64,000 nt of DNA, from the IMG/VR virus record IMGVR_UViG_3300003320_000087, positions 1 through 64,000 of that record; one strand, 5' to 3'. Source of the stretch: an uncultured virus (IMG/VR IMGVR_UViG_3300003320_000087). Lineage: Duplodnaviria > Heunggongvirae > Uroviricota > Caudoviricetes. How positions within the stretch are numbered: the first letter of the stretch is position 1; each line of letters begins with the position of its first letter. Both the position numbers and the translations under genes were made by a program. Shown in pieces: positions 56,093-64,000 of this stretch. The notes under the pieces were generated by a model. That model was not told the origin of the DNA. It searched no databases and saw only the letters and a list, made by a program, of their open reading frames with translations.

Positions 56093-57114
56093 TGGCATTC
56101 GAAGATTTTATGGCTAAACTGGACCCGAAGACAGCGAAGCGTTTGAAGACAGCTCAGGAAATTGAGCTTATCAAGTTTCCGCTGGCAAGTACGGGTCTAA
56201 CTACTGCTCTAGGTGGAGGTATTGGAGCAGGTAGAATTACACTGGTTTATGGAAATACCAGTAGTGGAAAGTCTGTTCTCATGATGCAAACTGTTGGTCT
56301 TCTTCAGAAGATGGGCAAGGTTTGTGCATGGGTTGATGTTGAAGGTACATATGAGAAATCATTTGGTGCCAGACTTGGAATCAACAATGATGAGCTTATT
56401 CTGATTCAGAAGAAGTCATTCGGAGCAATTACAGATTCTATTATGCCGCTGATTCGCGGCGGGATTGACTTGATTGTCGTTGACTCAATTAGTGATGCTC
56501 TTCCAGAAGTCTTTGTAGATAAGGACGGAGAGGCTGTAGAATTCGAGAAGATGAAGCAGCTTGGAGCACATGCAAAGTCTTGTACTATGATGGTTAATGC
56601 TATTCATTATGAGAATGAGCAGACGGCCGTTGTTTTGATTTCACAGACAACCACAAAGATTGAAGCCACCTATGTTAAGCAGGTTCCTCACGGTGGTCAG
56701 AAGGTGCCATTTGCATCTTCGCAGATTATCAAATTGACTTCTTCAAATACGGAAAATCAGCAAAAGAAGGGAATCACATATATTGGTGATATCCAGATGG
56801 AAACTCCAATTGGCCGCAAGGTTGAATTTTATGTAGAGAAGAACAAGTTGGGTCCTCAGTCTCGTAAGGGTGAGTACGACTTGTTCTATGACGGTTCCTT
56901 TGTTGGTATTGATTCTGTTGGAGAAGTTCTAGATGCTGCTGAAAAGTATGGCATTGTCACAAAGAAGGGGGCATGGTACACTGTTGAAGAGAAGCAGTAC
57001 CAAGGTCGTGATAATGTGATTGCGATGCTTCGTGAAAACGATGTACTGCTGAAGTCTTTGACGGAGAAGGTGAATCTAGTCCTAACGGGCGAACTACCTG
57101 ATGACGAAGTTTAG
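56092..57114 (+). CDS. recA: RecA-like recombinase
   Basis: GNTSSGKS, DVE, IVVDS, KNKL, KKGAWY...QGR. Confidence 0.92.
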   Translation: MAFEDFMAKLDPKTAKRLKTAQEIELIKFPLASTGLTTALGGGIGAGRITLVYGNTSSGKSVLMMQTVGLLQKMGKVCAWVDVEGTYEKSFGARLGINNDELILIQKKSFGAITDSIMPLIRGGIDLIVVDSISDALPEVFVDKDGEAVEFEKMKQLGAHAKSCTMMVNAIHYENEQTAVVLISQTTTKIEATYVKQVPHGGQKVPFASSQIIKLTSSNTENQQKKGITYIGDIQMETPIGRKVEFYVEKNKLGPQSRKGEYDLFYDGSFVGIDSVGEVLDAAEKYGIVTKKGAWYTVEEKQYQGRDNVIAMLRENDVLLKSLTEKVNLVLTGELPDDEV

Positions 57115-57295
57115 CGATTTCGTTGCACAGAGTCAGGCAGAAGAGGCACCCAAGGGTATGGATATCTCCGGTGCCTTTGGGTGCCAAACCTGTCACGAGC
57201 AGTGTGACGATGCACAGTATTTTAATGTTGAGAAGATTTTGAAGTGGACTTGTTCAAAGGGGCACATTTCGTATGTTGAGGACTTTGTTCTCTGA
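57101..57295 (+). CDS. small zinc-binding protein
   Basis: CQTC...CSKGH. Confidence 0.7.
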   Translation: MTKFSDFVAQSQAEEAPKGMDISGAFGCQTCHEQCDDAQYFNVEKILKWTCSKGHISYVEDFVL

Positions 57296-57410
57296 TATTA
57301 TTCGAGATGTCAGTCTATTTTTGAGCGGGTTGCTTTTGGGGGTAGCTCTGGGAATCATTGCTACCCTCATTTGTGTTTCGGCCTATACGAGTAGGGATAG
57401 AGATGTTTGA
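57285..57410 (+). CDS. 41-aa single-TM protein (not in ORF track)
   Basis: MFSDIIRDVSLFLSGLLLGVALGIIATLICVSAY...; fills the gap with overlaps. Confidence 0.5.
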   Translation: MFSDIIRDVSLFLSGLLLGVALGIIATLICVSAYTSRDRDV

Positions 57411-57573
57411 AAGAATGTTTGAGTGGAAATGGTTTTACGCAGCCTATTCGTCACGACGTGACTGGGGCGTCGGCTTTGATTTTGCTGGACAGAAAGATTA
57501 TGCTTTTGCAAGTTTTAGAATCCTAAAGTGGCAATTCGAAATTCAGTGGGACAGGGATTATGTCAGAAGCTGA
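57403..57573 (+). CDS. small aromatic-rich protein
   Basis: ATG 57403 in ORF 57358-57573. Confidence 0.55.
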   Translation: MFERMFEWKWFYAAYSSRRDWGVGFDFAGQKDYAFASFRILKWQFEIQWDRDYVRS

Positions 57574-57886
57574 CGAAATTAAGCGTGATGGTGCAACGCC
57601 GGTAAAAAATTCCGGGCGGTCCAAGGGAGTAAACAAGGGTGATGCTATCCTTGAACCTTTCCTTGTAGACTATAAGGAGTATAAGAAGTCTTTCAGCGTA
57701 ACAAAGGATTTCTGGTCAAAGATTTCTACCGATGCTATTCATAATGGACGAAGGCAACCAGCACTCAAGTTGGTAATTCGGGAAGATGATGACCCTGAAT
57801 CAAAGACTCCAAAGACTCGGCTGTGGGTTATTGGTGATGCAATGTTTCATGAAATGCTAGAGGCATGGAGAGAAAAGTATGAGTAG
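57560..57886 (+). CDS. PD-(D/E)xK Holliday-junction resolvase-like protein
   Basis: NSGR...KGDA...DYKE...W.KI. Confidence 0.7.
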   Translation: MSEADEIKRDGATPVKNSGRSKGVNKGDAILEPFLVDYKEYKKSFSVTKDFWSKISTDAIHNGRRQPALKLVIREDDDPESKTPKTRLWVIGDAMFHEMLEAWREKYE

Positions 57887-58250
57887 ATTTTTTGTCCTGC
57901 GAGAAGAGGGCGTTGGACCTGGTGGAGATATCATTTTCCGGAAGTGTCATCCAGAATACCAGTGGTATTATGTATGTCTTGATGATGTAAAGATTGGTCA
58001 GGCGATGTTGGATACCATGAACCGTTGGACAGCAATTTCATTTGCAGAGCACAGTGAGTGGTTTAACGTAAATTCAATGGAAGGCTTTGCCACTCGATAC
58101 GATGCGGCCAGATTTGTTATTAAGCACAATGGATATTGGATGCATCAAGAGAAGGATATGAAGGCCAGTCATGAACGTGCAGAAAAGTTTTTGAGAAAGA
58201 TTATGATGGAAAAGAGCCACGCGATTGTGGTAAATTCGGAGGTTTTGTGA
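57879..58250 (+). CDS. hypothetical protein
   Basis: 123 aa in operon. Confidence 0.7.
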   Translation: MSRFFVLREEGVGPGGDIIFRKCHPEYQWYYVCLDDVKIGQAMLDTMNRWTAISFAEHSEWFNVNSMEGFATRYDAARFVIKHNGYWMHQEKDMKASHERAEKFLRKIMMEKSHAIVVNSEVL

Positions 58251-58645
58251 AGTATGTAGCAAGGCCAGTGGAGACGGAAGCGATTCAGTTTACTGGCAAA
58301 AATTGGGCGGAGGTAGATGAGTTTTCTGGTAATCATCAGATTGACACCAATGCCTATTTGAATAACTTTCTTCCAGCAGAAGAAATGTGGGTTGACATCC
58401 CAGAAGATATTGTTGCTATTGTTTGGGTAGAGCCAAGTAAGCAATGGGCAGGCGTAAAAATCGGGGATTATATTGTCAGAGATGCAGCAGGTGATGTGTA
58501 TCCTTGTGAAAAGACAATCTTTGAGCGCAAGTATGAACCTGTGGAGATGAAGGTCGATGTGAATGTTCAGGGTGTTGTAACGTCTGAGCAGATTAAGAAG
58601 GCAGTCGGTCAGAGTATTCAGCAGAGTCGGAGGTTTCGGGGTTGA
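58247..58645 (+). CDS. PGDYG-like conserved phage protein
   Basis: EAIQFTG...GDYIV...YPC...FERKYE. Confidence 0.75.
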   Translation: MKYVARPVETEAIQFTGKNWAEVDEFSGNHQIDTNAYLNNFLPAEEMWVDIPEDIVAIVWVEPSKQWAGVKIGDYIVRDAAGDVYPCEKTIFERKYEPVEMKVDVNVQGVVTSEQIKKAVGQSIQQSRRFRG

Positions 58646-58830
58646 AGCTGAGAATCACTATTCTGCCAAAGACAATAGACGTTGAATTGTCTGATGAAGA
58701 ATACCAGAGATACCTTGATATAAAGCGCCGGGTTGATGAAGGAGAGCTTTACGATTGGGAGCTAGATAATTTTTGGGACTGTGAAATCTCTGATATAGAT
58801 GCAGAAAAGGAGTGGGAAGTAATTGAGTGA
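58642..58830 (+). CDS. small acidic protein
   Basis: 62 aa, overlaps neighbours. Confidence 0.6.
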   Translation: MKLRITILPKTIDVELSDEEYQRYLDIKRRVDEGELYDWELDNFWDCEISDIDAEKEWEVIE

Positions 58831-59155
58831 ATATGAGGACCCAATTTTGACAGTATCAAAGATTACTGAGTTCAATGATATTATCGAATATATGCAGGAC
58901 CCAGACCTTGATAGGGTTCTTGACCTTGCAATCAAATGTATCGCAAAGCCAGAAATTAATGCTCAAAAGATTCCATTGGTTATTGTAGAACTTCAGGCAA
59001 TTTCATTGAAGTTTTCGGTAAAGGCTGTTGAGTATGCAACTATCAAGAAAGATAGAGCGGGTACAGACAACAATAACCGAAAGTACATCTATCGCAGCAC
59101 GAAGGAAGCAGTTGACCGTTTGGTTGATGCTCTTAAGTACATGGCTAGGATGTAA
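58823..59155 (+). CDS. hypothetical helical protein
   Basis: LVDALKY C-terminal motif. Confidence 0.7.
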   Translation: MSEYEDPILTVSKITEFNDIIEYMQDPDLDRVLDLAIKCIAKPEINAQKIPLVIVELQAISLKFSVKAVEYATIKKDRAGTDNNNRKYIYRSTKEAVDRLVDALKYMARM

Positions 59156-59210
59156 ACTAGTCAACCAAGATTTACCGTGCTATAATTAATGTACAATAAC
59201 AAGACTAAGG

Positions 59211-60002
59211 ATGAAATTGGTAACAAGAGATATTGTCCAGGGTCTCAAGTTTCGTAAGCAGCCCAAGGGTTTCGATGCTAATAAGTTGGCTGAAATGCTT
59301 GAGGCTGCTTACATGCAACAGAGACGACCTGACAAATTTACACAGAAGAAGACTTTTTCCCCAAGTACTATTGGGTATGGTCATGGAACCTGCCCACGAT
59401 ATTGGTACATTGCGTTTAACGGTGCTCATTACGTTGAGACCGTAGACGCTTTGGGTATTGCCAATATGGCCAATGGTACACAGGCGCATGAGAGAATTGA
59501 GGCATTGTTTGATGCTTCCGGGATTCGTCTTGGAAATGAGATTGAAATCCTGAACGACAGCCCGCCTATTCGCGGGTTTGCCGATGTTGAAATCATGTGG
59601 GAGGGCGAGGAAGTAATTGGTGAGGTAAAGACAACACGCCAGGAAGCCTTCCTTGTTAGACAGGCAACAATGAGACCTAGCCCCAATCATCTATTTCAGA
59701 TTCTTACGTACATGAAGGTACGTAATCGTAGGCTAGGATTTTTGCTTTATGAAAATAAGAATTCTCAGGAATTTCTTATCATTCCAATTGAGATGAATGC
59801 CGAAAATGAAAAGTTGATTGACGATGCTTTTGATTGGATGCGGCGGGTTTATAAGTCATACGAAGACAATGAAGTTCCCAATAGACCTCTGACTAAGCGT
59901 AGTAAGATTTGCAAGGGTTGTCCTTTCTACGAATATTGTTGGAGTGATGGGGCTCCTGAAGGAATGGTAGATATTCCTGTAATGGAGGTTCCAAAACTTT
60001 GA
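59211..60002 (+). CDS. Cas4-like PD-(D/E)xK exonuclease
   Basis: SPS...CPR, GTQAH, D...EVKT, QILTY, CKGCPFYEYC. Confidence 0.85.
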   Translation: MKLVTRDIVQGLKFRKQPKGFDANKLAEMLEAAYMQQRRPDKFTQKKTFSPSTIGYGHGTCPRYWYIAFNGAHYVETVDALGIANMANGTQAHERIEALFDASGIRLGNEIEILNDSPPIRGFADVEIMWEGEEVIGEVKTTRQEAFLVRQATMRPSPNHLFQILTYMKVRNRRLGFLLYENKNSQEFLIIPIEMNAENEKLIDDAFDWMRRVYKSYEDNEVPNRPLTKRSKICKGCPFYEYCWSDGAPEGMVDIPVMEVPKL

Positions 60003-60280
60003 AATGTGCATATGCTGAATGTGGCCAGGAATTTGAGGCCAAGACACATAATCAGCGATATTGTTCAGATGATTGCTGCCGAAAGGCAACAAACGCCAGG
60101 CTAATGAAGCAGTACTACGAAAAGAAGGCCAGATTGAAAGGTCACATTCGTGTATGCACAAGCCCGGACTGTGACACTGTCTTGTCTAGATATAATGAGA
60201 GTGAGACGTGTCGCAAGTGCGAAGCAGCTCAGGAACGAAAGAATCGCACCGAGTTGTTGTTTAATCTAGTGGGAATTTGA
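59999..60280 (+). CDS. double zinc-finger protein
   Basis: CAYAEC...YCSDDC; CTSPDC...CRKC. Confidence 0.75.
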   Translation: MKCAYAECGQEFEAKTHNQRYCSDDCCRKATNARLMKQYYEKKARLKGHIRVCTSPDCDTVLSRYNESETCRKCEAAQERKNRTELLFNLVGI

Positions 60281-60281
60281 T

Positions 60282-60866
60282 GTGGCACTAGCCAATTTGA
60301 AGAAAACAAAAGCCAGCAGAGTCATGGGAATTGATTGTTCGACCCACTCTTTGGCGTTCACCATCTTTTACAATCGGAGACCTGTTCAGTGGGGCAAGAT
60401 TGTATTTGAAGGGGCGGATGTCTTTGAAAGACTTGAGGATGCCGCCAATAAGTTGCGTGCAGTAAAAGACTCATTCAATGTAGATTACATTGCATTTGAG
60501 GGTGCTATCATGGCTAAGGTAAAAAATCCGGACGTCACAATTAAACTAGCAATGGTCTATGGAGCTTGTATTGCAGAGCTTATGAGAAAGAATGTAAAGG
60601 TTGTCACAGTACAGCCTTTGTCGTGGCAATCATTCATTGGGAATCCAAACTTTAAGACTGCTGAAAAGAATGCACTTAAGGCTGAATTTCCCGGAATGTC
60701 AGCATCATGGTATTCAACAAAGATTCGTGCCATTCGCAAGCAGAGAACTATGGATATCTTCAATAAGAAGTGGCCCGAAATGAATCTTGAAGATAATGAT
60801 GTTGGTGACAGTGCTGGCATTGCTTATTATGCATATCATCAGCTCACGACTCGTGGGACTATATGA
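60282..60866 (+). CDS. RuvC-like resolvase
   Basis: MGIDCS, IAFE, DNDVGDSAGIA. Confidence 0.82.
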   Translation: MALANLKKTKASRVMGIDCSTHSLAFTIFYNRRPVQWGKIVFEGADVFERLEDAANKLRAVKDSFNVDYIAFEGAIMAKVKNPDVTIKLAMVYGACIAELMRKNVKVVTVQPLSWQSFIGNPNFKTAEKNALKAEFPGMSASWYSTKIRAIRKQRTMDIFNKKWPEMNLEDNDVGDSAGIAYYAYHQLTTRGTI

Positions 60867-60899
60867 TATGCTGGGCTTCGGCCCAAGCTAGGAGGAGAT

Positions 60900-61385
60900 A
60901 TGAAGGTGGGAATTACCGGTCATCGTCCTGAGAGAATTTCTCAGCCTGATATGATTAAGGACAGGCTGTCTGAGTCACTGGATTATTTGCATGCGGCCCT
61001 GGTTTATCAGGGCATGGCTGCTGGGGTTGACCTATGGTCTGCCAAAGAGGCTTGGAAGCTCAAGATTCCTTACGTATGTGTCAGACCATGGAAGGGACAT
61101 ATGCCCAGGGTTGCTGATTCTGTAGAATATGCCAAGGTCATAAAGCATGCGGCGGGTATTGTCTGGACAAATGAGTCAATGGAATACCCTGGTATGATGT
61201 GTTATCACACAAGAAATGAATACATTGTTGATAATTCTGATGTGATGATTGCAGTATGGGATGGAAAGCCTTACGGCGGAACCTACTCATGTATCATGTA
61301 TGCTTGGGAAAAGGCCGTTCCTGTATGGAGAATTGACCCTGATACGGGAGGTACTGGATATGTCAGTGAAGAGATACCATTCTAA
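60900..61385 (+). CDS. SLOG (YspA/DprA-like) protein
   Basis: GITGHRP, GMAAGVD, RNEYIVD...IAVWDG...GGT. Confidence 0.82.
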   Translation: MKVGITGHRPERISQPDMIKDRLSESLDYLHAALVYQGMAAGVDLWSAKEAWKLKIPYVCVRPWKGHMPRVADSVEYAKVIKHAAGIVWTNESMEYPGMMCYHTRNEYIVDNSDVMIAVWDGKPYGGTYSCIMYAWEKAVPVWRIDPDTGGTGYVSEEIPF

Positions 61386-61515
61386 ACAATGGTTGAGAAT
61401 GCAATATGTAACAAAGAGCAGGAGTATTGCAGACATCGCAGAACAATGTGATGTATCAGAGATGACGATTCGTCGGTATCTCGAAAAATTTGAATTGATA
61501 AGGAAAAGTAAGTAA
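61360..61515 (+). CDS. small HTH protein
   Basis: SIADIAEQCDVSEMTIRRYLEKF; SD GGAGG. Confidence 0.75.
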   Translation: MSVKRYHSKQWLRMQYVTKSRSIADIAEQCDVSEMTIRRYLEKFELIRKSK

Positions 61516-62106
61516 ATGGCTCACGGAGCACAAAGAGTATTTTTTGAGGAAGTCAAGCGAGAGTTTCCGGAGTTTTTCTCTGGTCAGAGGGTTCTGGAAG
61601 TAGGGTCTTTGAATATTAATGGAACAGTTCGTGACTTCTTTGACAACTGCGCCTATATTGGTGTAGATGTAGCTGCTGGACCAGATGTTGATGTTGTCAT
61701 GCAGGGTCAGGATTTGACCTATCCAGACAATTCATTTGATGTTTCCGTTTCAGCAGAATGTTTTGAGCACAACCCACATTGGCGTGAGACTTTTGTTAAT
61801 ATGGTGAGGATGACAAGAGCCGGTGGTCTGGTGGCTTTTACGTGTGCTGCTGAAGGTCGTCCGGAACATGGAACATCACGAAGCGATATTGGCTCGTCAC
61901 CATTGACAGTCGGTCTTGGATGGGATTATTATAGGAACCTTGGCGAGGCAGATTTTACCGAGGATGACCTTGCTGGATTTTCCAGTTATGCATTTTATGA
62001 CAATCGGGTGAATCTCGATTTGTATTTTGTGGGGGTTGTTGGTAAGAAGAAGGACGCCCGTGTAAACAATGTACTCAAGGCATTGAAGGCAGTTGACTGG
62101 CAGTGA
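61516..62106 (+). CDS. class I SAM-dependent methyltransferase
   Basis: VLEVGS...YIGVD...FD...ECFEH. Confidence 0.85.
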   Translation: MAHGAQRVFFEEVKREFPEFFSGQRVLEVGSLNINGTVRDFFDNCAYIGVDVAAGPDVDVVMQGQDLTYPDNSFDVSVSAECFEHNPHWRETFVNMVRMTRAGGLVAFTCAAEGRPEHGTSRSDIGSSPLTVGLGWDYYRNLGEADFTEDDLAGFSSYAFYDNRVNLDLYFVGVVGKKKDARVNNVLKALKAVDWQ

Positions 62107-62861
62107 AAGTAGACTGCTTCACATTCTTTAATGAACTGGATGTTTTGAAGATTCGTCTTGAAGAATTGTATGAAGTGGTTGACAGGTTTGTCCTCGTTGA
62201 GTCAAATAAGACTTTCCGAGGACAGCCGAAGCCATATTACTTTTCTGAAAATAGAGAATTGTTTGACAAGTATCTTGATAAAATTGATGTAATTAGTTTG
62301 ATAGATGATAACACATTTTCGTCGGATTACAGATTCGAATCCTGGGAGCGTGAGTATTGGCAGAGGAATCAAATTATGCAGGGAATTTCAGAATGCAATG
62401 ATGAAGATATCATTATAATTTCTGATGTTGATGAAATTCCTCGGCGTGCAGTTATTTCAGAATTGAATTTTGAAGATATAGTATCAATTGAATTGACTGG
62501 ATTCTCCTATTCAATCAATATGCATGATAATGGTTTTTATACAATTAAAGCTGTAAAGAAGGGTTATATTTCAACTCCTCAGGTTATCAGGACAACGCCG
62601 CCCAAGGAAATTATTCGCGGGGGTGGCTGGCATTTCTCATCGCTTGGGGATGAACATCATATCTCGCATAAGCTCAGTTCATTTGCTCATTGGGAACTTG
62701 ATGTTCCTGAAGTAAATAATCCAGAACTTATTAGAAGAAGAATGCTTTCTGGTCAAGATATGCTGGGTGATGGTCATCAATATACAAGACTAAACATCGA
62801 TGATTCTTGGCCAGAAGAAATTAAAAACAATAGAGAGTATTGGAGAAAATACGAACTGTGA
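62103..62861 (+). CDS. GT17-like glycosyltransferase
   Basis: DCFTFFNELDVL.IRL, VES..TF.G.PKP, QRN, SDVDEIP, GWHFS. Confidence 0.85.
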   Translation: MKVDCFTFFNELDVLKIRLEELYEVVDRFVLVESNKTFRGQPKPYYFSENRELFDKYLDKIDVISLIDDNTFSSDYRFESWEREYWQRNQIMQGISECNDEDIIIISDVDEIPRRAVISELNFEDIVSIELTGFSYSINMHDNGFYTIKAVKKGYISTPQVIRTTPPKEIIRGGGWHFSSLGDEHHISHKLSSFAHWELDVPEVNNPELIRRRMLSGQDMLGDGHQYTRLNIDDSWPEEIKNNREYWRKYEL

Positions 62862-63490
62862 TTTCGTTTATTGTACCGGTGATGAAGAATTTCCAGGGGT
62901 TTGCGGAACTAATGGAAAGTGTCGATGAAGAGGTTAGGCCAATCGTTATTCCGAACTGGGTAGAAAACCTTGGCGTGTCAAGGGGGTGGAATGACGGTCT
63001 ACGTCTAGCTATTGACATGAAGTCTGAGTATGCTGTAGTGTCAAATGATGATGTCGTTTTGAAGCCGGGCACTCTTCACAAGATGGTCATGGGATTGAAT
63101 GATTTTGACCTTGTGTCAGGATTTAATTCATCTGATGGTGAAACTTATGAGGGATATGATGAACATCCCGACTTTAGCTGTTTTGCCGTAAGGCCACGGG
63201 AATTTGTTGAGAAGTTTGGGTGGTTCGATGAGAATTTTTCACCTGCGTACTTTGAAGATAACGATATGGCACGTCGCATTCTCGTAGCAGGGGGCACCTA
63301 TCGTAGAGACTTGAGTGCTGGTATGCTTCATAGAGGTTCTGTCACACAGAACATGGATGGGCCTGTTGTGTCATCACCTATGTTTGAGCGTAATCGTGAG
63401 TATTACGTAAAAAAGTGGGGTGGCTGGCCTGGTGCAGAAAGATTTACATCCCCATTTAATGATGAATCAAAGACAATCAAGGATTGGTAA
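62858..63490 (+). CDS. GT2-like glycosyltransferase
   Basis: NLGVSRGWN, NDD, FDENFSPAYFEDND. Confidence 0.85.
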   Translation: MISFIVPVMKNFQGFAELMESVDEEVRPIVIPNWVENLGVSRGWNDGLRLAIDMKSEYAVVSNDDVVLKPGTLHKMVMGLNDFDLVSGFNSSDGETYEGYDEHPDFSCFAVRPREFVEKFGWFDENFSPAYFEDNDMARRILVAGGTYRRDLSAGMLHRGSVTQNMDGPVVSSPMFERNREYYVKKWGGWPGAERFTSPFNDESKTIKDW

Positions 63491-63491
63491 A

Positions 63492-63983
63492 ATGAAAGAT
63501 TTTGTATTTGTTGACTGCGAGACTACGGGTTTGGACCCTAAGAAGGATAAGCTGGTAGAAGTCACTTATGCTGTAAATGAGCAGGACCCTGTTACACTCT
63601 TCTTTGGTGTGAAGAGGGTCCCTGCATTTATTGATGACCTGACGAAGTTTTCTGAGCGGCGGGTTTACGATGAGCCTGAGGCAACAGAGCTTCAGAAGTT
63701 TGAATTTAAGAAGGCTCTAGAGAATCAGACTATGGTTGCTGGTAATGCCAAGTTTGATTACGGCTTCCTTGAGGAGAACGGTCTATGGACTGGACACTAC
63801 AGGTCGCTTGAGGTACAATCTTACGCAATGGCAAAGTTGGACCTTGACTTTGTTCCGAGCATGAATGAGATTTATAACTTGCTGACGGAACGTGGCTTCA
63901 AGTTTACTGAGCCTGACCACTCTTCCCGAAATGACGTCCTCTTTATGCGAGAGGCTTTCAATGTATTGAGGTATCAGATTTAA
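63492..63983 (+). CDS. DnaQ-like 3'-5' exonuclease (DEDDh)
   Basis: DCETTGLD, NAKFD, HSSRND. Confidence 0.85.
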   Translation: MKDFVFVDCETTGLDPKKDKLVEVTYAVNEQDPVTLFFGVKRVPAFIDDLTKFSERRVYDEPEATELQKFEFKKALENQTMVAGNAKFDYGFLEENGLWTGHYRSLEVQSYAMAKLDLDFVPSMNEIYNLLTERGFKFTEPDHSSRNDVLFMREAFNVLRYQI

Positions 63984-64000
63984 TGATTATCGGCTTGGCA

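Noticed and set aside
12599..57114. Inteins in NrdJ, DnaB, DnaE or RecA
   Set aside because: Lengths are ordinary and no C...HN splice junctions or insertions are evident
59211..60002. Cas4-like gene as part of a CRISPR system
   Set aside because: No repeat-spacer array or other cas genes seen; solo Cas4-like nucleases are common in phage replication modules

Overview
The window is a 64 kb segment of a large lytic siphovirus genome. Gene content and order resemble the large Streptomyces phages of SEA-PHAGES clusters BE/BK, but this is inferred from synteny only; no search was run. Layout: (1) 1-5300, rightward small 'early/host-takeover'-like ORFs separated by structured intergenic hairpins; (2) 5300-5550, a non-coding convergence zone; (3) 5557-10327, a leftward block with micro zinc fingers, a C5 DNA methyltransferase, a PnuC-like protein, ThyX, three tRNA-Thr genes, an atypical tRNA-Ile-like gene and an Rpf-like transglycosylase; (4) two GT4 glycosyltransferases, a class II RNR, an amidase endolysin and a candidate sRNA; (5) 15671-44511, the virion module (portal, protease/scaffold, capsid, collagen/LamG fibre cassette, neck, tail tube, frameshifted chaperone, tape measure with PG-hydrolase domains, tail tip, FN3 fibre); (6) 44531-64000, HNH, phosphoesterase, holin, DnaB, primase, SSB, HNH, LAGLIDADG, DnaE, MazG, RecA, resolvases, Cas4-like nuclease, SLOG, a methyltransferase-GT17-GT2 cassette and a DnaQ-like exonuclease. 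No terminase, integrase or CRISPR array was recognised. Most notable observations: a repeated overlapping two-hairpin RNA architecture in front of early genes, a fossil dnaE N-terminus recycled as the promoter of a free-standing LAGLIDADG endonuclease, a promoter- and terminator-bounded ~100-nt sRNA, structured RNAs between the tRNAs, a recurring hairpin+CAAGCU motif and four glycosyltransferases. All structures were read by eye, not computed.
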